This document shows, in pieces, positions 1 to 12,281 of a DNA stretch of 64,000 nucleotides. Below the pieces are notes generated by a model, which made no database searches, had not been told where the DNA came from, and saw nothing but the letters and a program-made list of their open reading frames with translations. The position numbers and the translations under genes are program-made. Position 1 is the first letter of the stretch. Each line of letters begins with the position of its first letter. This stretch comes from Octopus sinensis (lineage: Eukaryota): positions 192,944,001 through 193,008,000 of the forward strand of contig NC_042998.1 of the NCBI RefSeq assembly GCF_006345805.1, in the 5' to 3' direction.

Positions 1-867
1 GGGAGAAATGTATTAATGAATCACATTTTATTTATTCTGAAAAAAATATTAAAGCAAAGTCTACACCAAGATTTGAACCAGGTACATATAGAAATGTAAC
101 TAACTTCTGATCAAGTCATACACCGCCTTTTGAGATAAGATTTCATAATGGAACCAATTAGATTCTCTATAGTGTTGCAATAAAAAATTCCAGAACTTAT
201 TATTATTGTACTTTGTATTTTCACACAACCAAATGTCATTATCTCTTGGGAGGTAAAATACAAAATAGCGAAAAGACTAGAGCATGCATGCATATATAGC
301 TTATATACATGTAACACACACATTGTGTGTGTGTGTGTGTATAAATATAATATATATATGTGTGTGTATAAATATATATAAATATAATATGTATATGTAT
401 ATATAAATATAATATGTATATATGTATATATAAATATATAAGTGTTTATGTCTGCGTATATAACTATGCGTGTCCGTGTGTGTATAACTATAATATATGT
501 GTGTATATATATATATATACACTCACACATGCACACACACAACTTCATATATTTTTATATATATTTTCAGTGTATGTAATATTTAGTATCAATGGTGTTT
601 GTTGATATCAAAGTTTTGCTGATGCATGCTTTTCAAATCAGACAGTTTTGAGAACGCTGGCTTCTCAAAGCCACCTGATTTCAGAAGAAGAGAGTGTAAG
701 CAAAAACTTGAAGTAAACAATTACTATTGATGATAAATATTATTGTGACTCTACAATCACAATTGAGTGCTTTATTCAAAGTACATTTGGTGTACTGAAG
801 TACTTTAACTTAAAAAAAGAAGAAGAAGAAATAAGCAATTTTATATATATATATATATATATATATC

Positions 868-1095
868 ATCATCATCATCATCGTTTAGCATCTGCTTTCC
901 ATGCTAGCATGGGTTGGACGGTTCAACTGGGATCTGGGAAGCCAGGAGGCTGCACCAGGCCCAGTCTGATCTGGCAGTGTTTCTACGGCTGGATGCCCTT
1001 CCTAACGCCAACCACTCCGTGAGTGTAGTGGGTGCTCTTTACGTGCCACCAGCACAGATGCCTTTTTATGTGCCACCAGCACGGTGCTTTTTATG
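868..1095 (-). mobile_element. Family A: 5'-truncated 3' end (UTR) of an RTE-clade retroposon with a (TGA)n tail. Representative copy; others lie near 3.0, 3.7, 9.0, 9.6, 10.7, 12.4, 12.9, 18.3, 20.9, 25.9, 34.1, 36.1, 38.8, 45.5, 48.4, 50.3, 57.4, 58.2 and 60.1 kb in both orientations
   Basis: Recurrent catcatcatc-gtttaacgtccgctttccatgctagcatgggttggacg...gatgcccttcctaacgccaaccactcc...gtgccaccggcac. Several copies begin with the RTE ORF2 stop region seen at 16290-16325. Confidence 0.8.
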
Positions 1096-1097
1096 TG

Positions 1098-1139
<42 letters not shown>

Positions 1140-1194
1140 CATATGCATATATATATATATATATATATATATGCATATATATATATATACACAC

Positions 1195-1510
1195 GAGCAA
1201 AACACCCCCTCTCCGTCCAATGGATGGTGCTGAGTTGTCAAACATTTAAACCAAATTTTCTCAAAACAATTTGTCCGACCATCCCATAGGCCTCCCCTTT
1301 GAGAAACACTGATGTACCTGCCTGTACAAATGCATGTTCCCACAACTTTATCGATCACCGTCTCGCCTGGAATTGATTTTTGTAATTTTTTCATGATTTA
1401 TACACGCCCTGATACCATCAGTATCTACATATCAAATTTGAGAGCAATCAGATTGAGGATGGCCAGGATACTAGAAGACACACAGACAGACAGAACAGAT
1501 TTTATATAAT
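1195..1510 (+). mobile_element. Possible non-autonomous Helitron/DINE-like repeat
   Basis: Ends aaatttgagagcaatcagattgagg...cacacagacagacagaacagattttatata, resembling invertebrate non-autonomous Helitron 3' ends. Single copy here; recalled resemblance only. Confidence 0.3.
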
Positions 1511-1659
1511 ATATATATATATATATATTCACATACATACATGTGTGTATGTATGTGAGTGTCATGTGCATGCATAAAACAGAGAGTTAGAAATTAAGCA
1601 CAAGGAAAAATCAAATGAATTGGACAAGGAAACACGAATAAAGGTATATCCATAAATAA

Positions 1660-1895
1660 AGGCGGCAAGCTGGCAGAAACGTTAGCACACCGGGCGAAAT
1701 GAGTAGCCGTATTTCGTCTGTCGTTACGTTGTGAGTTCAAATTCCGCCGAGGTCGACTTTGCCTTTCATCCTTTCGGGGTCGATAAATTAAGTACCAGTT
1801 ACGCACTGGGGTCGATCTAATTGACTTAATACCTATGTCTGTCCTTGTTTGTCCCCTCTATGTTTAGCCCCTTGTGGGTAATAAAGAAATAGGTA
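1660..1895 (+). mobile_element. Family C tRNA-derived SINE. Representative copy; others lie near 7.4, 11.3(-), 12.4, 15.8(-), 23.2, 26.6, 27.9, 31.8, 43.3, 54.3, 61.1(-) and 61.3 kb
   Basis: Box A/B-like head ggcggcaagctggcagaaacgttagc...gagttcaaattcc, conserved gtcgactttgcctttcatcctttcggggtcgataaa body and gtgggtaataaagaaatagg tail. Other copies show 11-15 bp TSDs. Confidence 0.85.
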
Positions 1896-2170
1896 TATCC
1901 ATGCGTATGCATGCATGCACACACATACACACTTATTTCTCTCATAAGTTGTTGGCTGAAGTTCACAGTTTCAACTCCTAGCTTCAACACAACTCTTAGC
2001 TTCAGTTTATTTGTAGGTTTCAAGAAAAAATCTATGAGGGAAATATTTTCGTGAGGAATAGGTACTTTTGAGATGTGAGACAACATGTTTTATGGTATAA
2101 CAGGACAAAACCACTACAATTATTTGAGAATTTACAAATATTACACACATATACACATGCATATGCACAT

Positions 2171-2570
2171 AGGCGCAGGAGTGGCTGTGTGGTAAGTAGC
2201 TTGCTAACCAACCACATGGTTCCGGGTTCAGTCCCACTGCGTGGCATCTTGGGCAAGTGTCTTCTGCTATAGCCCTGGGCCGACCAATGCCTTGTGAGTG
2301 GATTTGGTAGACGGAAACTGAAAGAAGCCTGTCGTATATATATATATATATATATGTGTGTGTATGTGTGTGTTTGTCCCCCTAGCATTGCTTGACAACC
2401 GATGCTGGTGTGTTTACGTCCCCGTCTCTTAGCGGTTCGGCAAAAGAGACCAATAGAATAAGTACTGGGCTTACAAAGAATAAGTTCCAGGGTCGATTTG
2501 CTCGACTAAAGGCGGTGCTCCAGCATGGCCACAGTCAAATGACTGAAACAAGTAAACGAATAAACGAATA
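2171..2570 (+). mobile_element. Family B CORE-type tRNA SINE with an internal (TA)n(TG)n tract (octopus OR2-like; name not verified)
   Basis: tRNA-like head ggagtggctgtgtggtaagtagc...ggttcagtccc, CORE-like cttgggcaagtgtctt, and 3' tail gcatggccacagtcaaatgactgaaacaagtaaa. About 15 copies in the window. Confidence 0.85.
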
Positions 2571-3129
2571 TTATTTGATACGTTGTACATGCTTGGCAAT
2601 TTGAAAGATCATGCTGGATATGAAATCCTAATATTGTGAATGAGTTATTGTAACCATTTGACCGAACATAAACTATTATATTTATTTGGGTAAATATAAC
2701 AGTACAGTCAACTATGAAATGTCAGTGAGATATGTTATACATCTACAACATGGTCACTGATACCATTCCACTGCATATATTATGTAATTTCAAAATAAAA
2801 CATAGGAGCTATGATGGAGAAGATATGCAAATATATGAGAGTGGAAATATTATTCAGATTACTAAGTCAGTATGTTAGGTTATTCAGCAGCAGGTAATTT
2901 TTATAGACATGACAGCGTGAATTAACAAAACACATTAATTTACTGGAGTATGGCTCATTGGTAAATCAAGAATAATCTACAATAACACATTTACGTCATC
3001 GTCGTCATCATCATCATCATTATTGTTTAAAGTTTGCTTTCCATGCTGGCATGGGTTAGACGGTTTGACTGAGGACTGGCTAGCCAGAAGGCTGCACCAG
3101 GCTCCAATCTGATCTGGCAAAGTTTCTAC

Positions 3130-3700
3130 ACAGTTTAAACACAAACCTCGAATCTGCTACATTCTATATAAATTCCATACTGGGAAGGACCAACTTTAAG
3201 AGAATCTTACATTGTTTATAAACTTTACATTTGGATGGACTCATATTAAACTCCGTTGGACTTTTGGATTTTACTCAAACGATATTGGAATGATACACAT
3301 ATATACCATTATGCCTATAAAACGGATTTATGAACTCAATAAACCATACATATCTTACATCTATTTCCTTTCTTCCACCTCACTCCCTATTTATATCACA
3401 TCGAAACTAACTATGACTTAACTTTTCCTCTCACACCGTCTCCATGAAGGGATATTATTAATTAATATCCTAGAAACAGCTGTAAGACCTTCTATCTATA
3501 AATTCTCTAATATCTATACAGCCTTGGTTTTTTTTATCGCATTACACAAAAAATTCATATATACACACGCTGACATAGAACTAACGTTGAACCTTTTATT
3601 CGCAATATTACCGAATCTGGAACTTAACTATGGTCTGTCTAAAGCACTTATTCAGCATTACCTGACACCTTTGGGTCTCAGTGACACCATTATCTCTTAT
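3130..3700 (+). mobile_element. Penelope-like retroelement remnant containing a degenerate hammerhead motif
   Basis: Contains gtct-ccatga-agggatatt...aatatcct-agaaa-cagctg-ta-agac, the hammerhead layout typical of Penelope-like termini. No ORF. Confidence 0.4.
3438..3488 (+). ncRNA. Degenerate minimal type-I hammerhead ribozyme motif (core CUGAUGA mutated to CCAUGA)
   Basis: Stem I gtct/agac, stem II ggatatt/aatatcc, GAAA, and palindromic stem III cagctg followed by UA. Confidence 0.45.
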
Positions 3701-4429
3701 ATATATATATATATATCATCATCATCATCGTTTAACATCCGCTTTCCATGCTAGCATGGGTTGGACAATTTGACTGAGGTCTGGCGAACCAGACTCCAAT
3801 CTTGATCTGGCAGTGTTTCTACAGCTGGATGCCCTTCCTAACACCAACCACTCCGAGAGTGTAGTGGGTGCCTTTTACGTGCCAGCCAGAGGATGCTGTT
3901 CCTTGTCAAAGGAAGGTAATTGTTTGAACTTCGAGATAAAATCAGCTGACCACTAGATCTATCCAACACATGATGAACCCATGAATTAACAATGCACAGA
4001 CATTGAATAAGTGTGTGTATGTGTTGGACATTTTTGTTACCCTGCGTACATCTCAGATAGAAACAAAAGGTCATATTATTTATGAAGTGCATCATCATCA
4101 TCATCCTTTAACATCCACATTCCACCCTCACATGAGTTATATATTACATAGAGTACTTACGATAGAAAAATAATAAAAATAAATATATAAACTGCAGCAC
4201 ATAACCAAATGACATCGAGGTGGACTTAGGTGATGTAATGGAAGCTGGATCACAGTGATGCTACTGGAATAATGATTTAATAATAATAATGCCATAATAT
4301 ACGGATAGCCTATTTGGATGTATATATATCTATAAACATTTAATTATACACCTGTTATGTATATGAATCTTGCACACACACCATCCAGCCTTAGAAGAAC
4401 TACAAGAATATATTGGAAGAACACATTAC

Positions 4430-4507
4430 CTGGATAATAAAATGTTGAGTCTACAACTATAATGCATTGAGTTGTACTTTGAGTTATGATTGACTCTGTT
4501 GAGGATT
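4430..4507 (-). CDS. Candidate host exon, phase 1-1 (ESSTESIITQSTTQCIIVVDSTFYYP)
   Basis: tatatcag acceptor, CAG|gtaatg donor, 78 nt, S/T-rich open frame. No homology recognised. Confidence 0.25.
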
Positions 4508-4559
4508 CTGATATATAATGAATATAAATGTTATGTGTCTGTGTGTGTACATTTGTATT

Positions 4560-4598
<39 letters not shown>

Positions 4599-4831
4599 CA
4601 AGGATGATCCGGTTCTTGACTGAGGATAGAAAGCTTCAAATGACCTGTTCTTGTTTTTTTGTATCACCTATCTGGATGTTTGTTGTCCCTTTTTGTATCA
4701 CTTAGTTGTCCGGATGTTTTGCGTTCTTGTCCCATTTTGTATGTTATATATATATATATATATGCATTTATTTATGTATGTTATATATATATATATTATA
4801 TATATATATATACACATACACACATATTATA

Positions 4832-4873
<42 letters not shown>

Positions 4874-4947
4874 CACACATACACACATATATATATTATA
4901 TATATATATATATAGCATGGAAGGTGGGCATTAAATGATGATATATA

Positions 4948-6266
4948 CAAGAGGATACCCAAAAGAATCCGGAATTTTGGCAATATTATTTTATTCTCCT
5001 GGTTCTACATGTTTACACTTTTATCACCATCAGAGTATCCTCCATTTAAAGCAATGCATCAGTGCAGGCACGTTTTCCACTGTTCAAAGCAGTGCTGGAA
5101 ATCTTGTGCAGTGATGCTTTTAACGCCTTTGTTGTTGTTTTTTCTTCACCTCTTCCACATCGGCAAATTCTGTAACACCAGCTTTCATCACCAGTTGATC
5201 TTCCAACTGTTCTTTCAGTTCACAGCATCTTTAGTCGTGACTGCTTTTGATCTTCTCTGAGCAAAGCAAAGCACAAGTTTTGTTGCAACTCTTTTCATTC
5301 GCAATTCCTAACTCAAATTTCGTTCACAAGAGCTCCAGAACACACCAGTTGTATCAACAAGTTCATCAAATGTTCGGTGACTGTCCTCCACCATGAAAGC
5401 ATGTCCTACCTTCTTGACATGTCTTAGTAGGTTACTCTCTTTTACTCTTTTACTTGTTTCAGTCATTTGACTGCGGCCATGCTGGAGCACCGCCTTTAGT
5501 CGAGCAAATCGACTCCGGGACTTATTCTTTGTAAGCCCAGTACTTATTCTATCGGTCTCTTTTTGCCGAACCGCTAAGTGACGGGGACGTAAACACACCA
5601 GCATCGGTTGTCAAGCAATGCTAGGGGGACAAACACAAACACACACACATACATATATACGACAGGCTTCTTTCAGTTTCTGTCTACCAAATCCACTCAC
5701 AAGGCATTGGTCGGCCCGGGGCTATAGCAGAAGACACTTGCCCAAGATGCCACGCAGTGGGACTGAACCCGGAACCATGTGGTTGGTTAGCAAGCTACTT
5801 ACCACACAGCCACTCCTGCGCCTATCTTTGTAATGAAAAAGGCTTGTAATTATGTCCAGGTTCATGAATTTTCCTGATATTTGCATTTGTTCAGGTCAGC
5901 GGTTATCCTGAACAAGTTTTTCCTAAAGCTTGGAAACCACACATAAACATGTGTTTTGCTCGTAGTGGTGTTCTTGTAAGTTGTTTGAAACATAACAACT
6001 ATTTCGGCTGCCTTTTTCCTCCACAGGATACAGAATTTCACAGAAGCACACTGTTCCTTCGTTTCAGTCATAGCAAAAATCGACAAACAGGGAAGAAGCA
6101 CTGCAAAACAAAGACACACCATGTGACAGTAGGACATCACCCAATGACACTGGTCAGCAGACTGATGCCTGAGGTTCGCATCAAGTGGCTTCTTGTGGCA
6201 GAAGCATGAACTACAATGGGTTTTTCCCACAAAGAATATTTCCAGTTACTTTTGGGTACCCCCTTG
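4948..6266 (-). mobile_element. Decayed mariner (Tc1/mariner) transposon with internal deletions, interrupted by a family B SINE
   Basis: Imperfect TIRs caagaggatacccaaaagaatccggaa / ttccagttacttttgggtacccccttg in TA context. Minus-strand peptides MTETKEQCASVKFC...HVYVWFPSF and FADVEEVKK...QDFQHCFEQWK..L..CIALNGGY match the mariner transposase N- and C-termini. Confidence 0.85.
5434..5823 (-). mobile_element. Family B CORE-type SINE, full length, nested in the mariner
   Basis: Reverse complement of the 2171-2570 element. Confidence 0.9.
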
Positions 6267-7172
6267 AGAATATATATATATATATGTATGTATGTATGTA
6301 GTATGTTTATACACACAAACACACAGGCATATATATATATATGGCTGTGTGGTGAGTAGCTTGCTTCCCAACCACATGGTTTCATGTTCAGTCCCACTGT
6401 TTAGCACCTTGGGCAAGTGTCTTCAACTATAGCCACAGACTGATCAAAGCCTTGTGACTGGATTTGGTAGACAGAAACTGAAAGGAATCCATCATATGTA
6501 TGTGTGTGTGTGTATGTATGTTTGTATGAATGTATCTATGTATGTATTTGTGTGTCTGTATTTGTCCCCCACCTTTGCTTGGAAACTGATGTTGGTGAGT
6601 TTACTTCCCTGTAACCTAGCAGTTCAGCAGAAGAGACCAATAGAATAAGTACCAGGCTTACAGACAATAAGTCCCAGGGTCAATTTGTTTGACTAAAGGC
6701 GGTGCTCCAGCATGGCTGCAGTCAAATGACTGAAACAAATAAAAGAATATATATATATATCTATGTATGTATATGTATTTGTATATATGTATGTTTGTAT
6801 TTATGTATGAATCTTTATATGTATGTATATGCATTTATATATGTATGCTTATATATATATATATATATACATGTATGAATGCATCTTTGTATTTATGTGT
6901 TTGTGTGTCTACATATTTACATGTGTGTGTTTGTGTATATGTATTTATAAATATAGGGTTATACGAATACATATGTGTCTGTACACTTGTGTGTGTGTGT
7001 GTGCGTGTGTGTTAGCATTTATATGTATGTCAATGTGAATTAACAAACCCATATGTTGAAGTTTCCTTTGCATGTTGGGTTTGTGAGATGATCTGTTGTG
7101 CACCATATGTAATATATCAGATGGAACAGGCTGCCTAACCGCTAAAACATGAGTTGCAAGATAATAAAATAC

Positions 7173-7217
7173 CTGTTGATTGTTCAGTTATAAACTCTAC
7201 ACCCAACCCATCATAAT
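7173..7217 (-). CDS. Candidate host exon, phase 1-1 (YDGLGVEFITEQST)
   Basis: cttgttgcttcaatctgcatag acceptor, CAG|gtattt donor, 45 nt, only one open frame. Confidence 0.25.
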
Positions 7218-7886
7218 CTATGCAGATTGAAGCAACAAGAGTTTAATGTTTAGGCCACAGACATAGTGCAATAGAAGTGCTGGTTCCATAACTTTCTCTA
7301 ATAGTAGTCTGATACCTTATCTAGTAGGGCAAATGCATCTCTTATATATCATCATCATTTTATGTCTGGCTTCTAATGCTGCAGAAATGTTAGCATGCCC
7401 GACGAAATGCTTAGTGGTATTTCGTCTGCCATTACGTTCTGAGTTCAAATTCTGCCAAGGTCGGCTTTGCCTTTCATCCTTTCAGGGTCGATAAATTAAG
7501 TACTAATTATGCACTGGGGTCGATGCAATTGACTTAATCCGTTTGTCTGTCCTTGTTTGTCCCCTCTGTGTTTAGCCTCTTGTGGGTTAATTACACAATT
7601 TGGCCAACTGACATCAACTAGCTAAAATTAAAATTTTCTGCTCCTTTTAAGATAACTGTTTCATTAGTCAGCTATTTTGGAATGAAAACATATGACCGAT
7701 GAATCAGATGTGTCATAAATCATTATTACTGTCATTTTAAGTTTGTTTACTTTCCATGCTGGCATGAGTTGAACAGGTTGTTATTGTCCAAGTTCTTATT
7801 CAGAATTTCTGATCCTGTCTAACAGATCAGAGGATCATATCTCACTCATACCTTTCATTTTCCTATCACCAACGCCTCTTTACAGT

Positions 7887-8179
7887 TTTGTTCCTTCTCA
7901 AGCATGCCTGGCTCATAAGGGCCGGTTTCTTGGCGTACAGGTTCCCCACCTGGACGGGACGCCGGTCCATTGCAGGTGAGCTGCAAGATGCAGGAGGAAA
8001 GAGTAAGAGAAAGTTGTGGCGAAAGAGTCAGCAGAAGTTTTGCCATTACCTTCTGCTGGAGCCGCGTGGAGCTTAGGTGTTTCGCTCATAAACACACACA
8101 TCATCTGGTCTGAGATTTGAACCCACAATCCCTCGACCACAAGTCCGCTGTTCTAACCACTAGGCCATGCACATCCACC
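7887..8179 (-). mobile_element. Family D2 tRNA SINE with a V-domain-like centre
   Basis: tRNA-like head ggcctagtggttagaacagcgg...ggttcaaatc and ctgcaatggaccggcgtcccgtccaggtgggg. 12-bp TSD cctctttacagt at 7875-7886 and 8180-8191. Further copies at 31236(+) and 56090(-). Confidence 0.8.
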
Positions 8180-9921
8180 CCTCTTTACAGTGTATACTTG
8201 CTGCATTTTATTGAGGGGCCAATACTATTGAGGCTGCCTTGCACTCTTTAAGACTGAAGAGTCCTTACTCCTCTGTGATGAACTTGAGTAGAAGAGAGTG
8301 AGAACAACTAGGATCATAGGTGGAAGGGGAAAATTATATGATGGCTGAAATCTACCTCAACAAATTCCATCATGTCATTGATTTGTATAATGCGAGTTGG
8401 TCAGCTGAAACTAAGTTTGGACATGTGTTAAGGACCCGTGTCATCTGATGGCTATTTTTCTATAGAAACATAACCAACAAAACAGCTGTCTCGGCACATG
8501 ATTTGGAAATGATTCCTCACTATTGATGCTTTGGATCTAGGCTAACCGAACGTTCTGAGTGGATTTGGTAGACGGAAACTGAAAGAAGCCCGTCGTATAT
8601 ATGTTTATATATGCATATGTATGTGTGTATATATGCTTGTGTGCCTGTGTTTGTTCCCACAACATCGCTTGACAACCGATGCTGGTGTGTTTACATCCCC
8701 GTAACTTGCGGTTGGGCAAAAGAGACCGATAGAATAAGTACGAGGCTTCCAAAAAATAAGTCCTGGAGTCGATTTGCTTGACTAAAGGCGGTGCTCCTGC
8801 ATGGCCACAGTCAATTGACTGAAACAAGTAGTAAAGGAGTAAAGAGTTATGCAAGCCTTAGAAATTGCAACTACCCTTAAGAATATCCACAAGCTTAATG
8901 AGGTATAATTATCATTAGGAATTTTTTCAAACCAAGTGAAAATTACTGGTGAAGGTGCCATGTAAAAACTACCCAGTCCACACTCTGTAAAGTGGTTGGC
9001 ATTAGGGAGGGCATCCAGCCATAGAAACCTTGCCAAAACTGACTATGGAACCTGGTGTAGCCCCTAGCCTTGCCAGTTTCTGTCAAGCCATCCAACTCAT
9101 GCCAGCATGGAAAATGAGCATTAAATGATGATGATGTTGAAGTGAAGTTATTTCTATAAATCCCAGCTTAATAACAGTGAATACCCAGATTACCAACACC
9201 TGTGTATTATGTTCTGCTTGTCTGGGAATAATGGAAGAGACCTTACCTGTAAATTGTTAGTAATGTTGTTATTCATACCTCCCTATGCACAACAAAGATA
9301 TAGGTGTGTGTATGTGTGTGTGTGTGTGTCTGGAGAGAAGTGTGTGTAAGTTTATTGTGTCATTATTTAGTCAGGAAGGACTTTCCCCGTAACCCCCACT
9401 CCCACATCACTGAGATACAGAAATAATTGTGTAAAGTTCAGGTTAGTAAACAATGTAGCTTAATAAGTGAGAAAGGAAATATAATTAGATGCTGGAAAGA
9501 TGAAGTCTTAGGGTGGTCTTTTCAGTGCAGCTGTTTCCAATAGAGTCTAGATGTGTTGTAACACAAACAAGATAATAGAAGTAGGTGCCAGTAGAAGGAG
9601 TTAGTTTAAGTGCAAATTCTATCATCATCATCATCGTTTAACATCCGCTTTCCATGCTAGCATGGGTTGGACGATTTGATTGAGGACTGACGAACTAGAC
9701 GGCTGCGCCAGGCTCCAATATGATCTATAAACTCAGTAATTTGGAAAAACAGATGCTCTTGAAAAATGAACATTTGGTGCCGGGCCATAGCGAATAGTGA
9801 GATTTGGTGAGTAAAGGTTTGTCTGAGACAAGGATATCTATTTGAAATTGCCTCCAATAGTTGAACAGCACTCAATCAGCTATTCAGATAGAATTATTTT
9901 CTGGAAAGAGAAGAGAATTTA

Positions 9922-10060
9922 GTTGTGTCTGGGGAGAGTCATTTTCTTTTTGTGCCTTATAATGTAACACACTCACCAGTAAAATTTCCCTTTATTTCTT
10001 ATTTTTATTTTCCTAAAATGTTCGTTGGTGTCTTGCAACCTTTTCAATAGTCTTGACTCT
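9922..10060 (+). repeat. Unclassified ~140-bp interspersed repeat
   Basis: gttgtgtctggggagagtcatt...caatagtcttgactct, also present at 13971-14363. Confidence 0.7.
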
Positions 10061-10084
10061 GTCCGTTATTTACACTGCGTTCCC

Positions 10085-10470
10085 TTTTGTTTGTTTGTGC
10101 GCATGTGTGTGGGTCAGTGTGTGTGTGTGTGCCTATACATGCATGCATGTACGTTTGTATGTTTGTGTGTGTGTGTGTTTGTATGTGTATGCATATGTAT
10201 ATATGTGTGTGTATGCATATGTATATATGTATGTATGTATCTACGTATGTATGTATCCTGCATATTTATGTGCTTGCATGTCCGTGTTTGTGTATTTTCG
10301 ATGTATGTGTTTGTGTATGTATGCACCTCTGTCTCCTTGTGTGTACATGTCTGTGTGCGTGTGTGTGTTATGCAACTATGTACCAGTTTGTATGCATGGA
10401 TGTGCATCTTTATATGTGTGGTTTCATGTCTCCATATGTGTCTGTTCTTGTAACCTATGTACCTATCCGT
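10085..10470. repeat. Degenerate (TG/TA)n microsatellite field
   Basis: Alternating purine-pyrimidine low-complexity sequence that produces several spurious ORFs. Confidence 0.9.
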
Positions 10471-11207
10471 CTGTATGTTGATCTGTTTATTTAGCCTTTC
10501 TAAATAAATGTTGTACCTATGGTATATGCTTGTGGTTTCCATTAAATAGTCATCAGTTTAAAAAGCTGGACCAGATCACTGTTTAACATCCATTTTTCAG
10601 TGTTTGTACAGTTGGGTCAGTTTTCTTTTACATCTAAGTTCCCTTCTTTTATGCAGTGACCATCATCATCATCATCATCGTTTAACGTCCGTTTTCCATG
10701 CTAGCATAGGTTGGACGGTTCGACCGAGGTCTGGGAAGCCAGGAGGCTGCACCTGGCTCCAGTCTGATCTGGCAGTGTTTCTACAGCTGGATGCCCTTCC
10801 TAACACCAACCACTCCGTGAGTGTAGTGGGTGCTTTTTACGTGCCACCAGCACAGGTGCCAGGGGAGGCTGGCAACGGCCACGATCGGTTGGTGATTTTT
10901 ACGTGCCACGGGCACGGAAGCCAGTCAAGGCGGCACTGGCATCGACCACGTTCGGATGGTGCTTTTTACGTGCCACCGGCACAGGTATCACAACTACAAT
11001 TTCCATTTGATTTTTTGATGTTGATGTACTTGACTCAATAGGTCTCCTCAAGCACAGGGTCGAAACGGTGTTTCTTTACTTGCTGACCTTGTGCCAAAAT
11101 TTGAAATCAATATATCATACTCCCTTGTTACTGTTACCTTAAGCAATACAATTAGTGATTGGTAAATTGAAAACCTGTAACCAATAATGCTATTGTTCAT
11201 CAGTTGC

Positions 11208-11238
<31 letters not shown>

Positions 11239-11745
11239 GTTTCAAATTTTAGCTTGAGTCCAGCAATTGCGGGGAAGGGGATAAGTCAATTACATTGACC
11301 TTAGTGTTCAACTGGTACTTATTATATTGACCCCAAAAGGGATGAAAGGCAAAGTTGACCTCAATGGAATTTGAGCTCAGAACCTAAAGATTTTTCCCAG
11401 CATTCTAACAATTCTGCCAGCTCACCACATTAAACAACAATATTAATAATAATAATATTAATAATAATATTAATAATAATAATAATAACAACAACATCCA
11501 TCTATGAATTTATTTATTTATTAATTTTTAAATACATATTTTATCTGTGAATTTGCGTGTGTAATCTGGGAATGCATACAATGAGCTTCTCTGCCCTAGG
11601 TGTATGGAAAACACTCGGCGAGAAATGGAAGAAAATTTGGAGAAAGAAGGAAATAATAATAATAAAAATAATAATTATGTTGATGTTAATAATGAGGCTG
11701 ACAATGACAATAACGGTAAATCGCAAAAAAAAGAAGGAAAATAAC

Positions 11746-11787
<42 letters not shown>

Positions 11788-12247
11788 AATAAATTTGTGA
11801 GTGAATAAAAGAAGCTCAGAAAGTAATGTGGTACAACTGTAATAGAAAATCTGTCCTAAATGAAACCAAGATCCTTGTTTGGTACAATATTTCCCCTCTG
11901 ACAAACTAACAACATCTAGTGATGGTTACTAGAACAAAGGTAAACATCTGCAAGCTAGCTTCACTGTTAAGCTAACAAATCCCTTGATCTTTATTTAATT
12001 ATCTTTCTTAGGGACTCTCACCTTAGATAATTAAGACAGTGTCTAGTCAGGTTCTTCACTGTTTCAAGTTTGTGTTTAGTTATTTTAGATGTTATTGCTG
12101 GATCAGAGGTTATTTAGTATGCTATAGAAAATATTTATATTTATTTTTTTCTTCGCCAATTGACTAATTAAGTCAGTTGGGTTCGAGGATACTCACATGG
12201 CTGAGTCATTTTGTTTTTTTACCTGTTATGTAAACACATATTTTTTT

Positions 12248-12281
<34 letters not shown>

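Noticed and set aside
654-707. Plus-strand exon-like segments (654-707, ~11598-11716, ~26256-26415, ~29651-29746, ~39594-39643, ~55593-55635)
   Set aside because: They have plausible splice sites and open frames but no recognisable homology. Their abundance shows that such signals arise often here, so neither strand can be assigned with confidence.
5308-5833. Recurrent ORFs such as MLGGQTQ..., KETDRISTGLTKNKSRGRFARLK... and DLAEFLQLDALPNANHSESVVGAF
   Set aside because: They are reading frames through SINE B and family A copies, recurring wherever those repeats occur. They are not genes.
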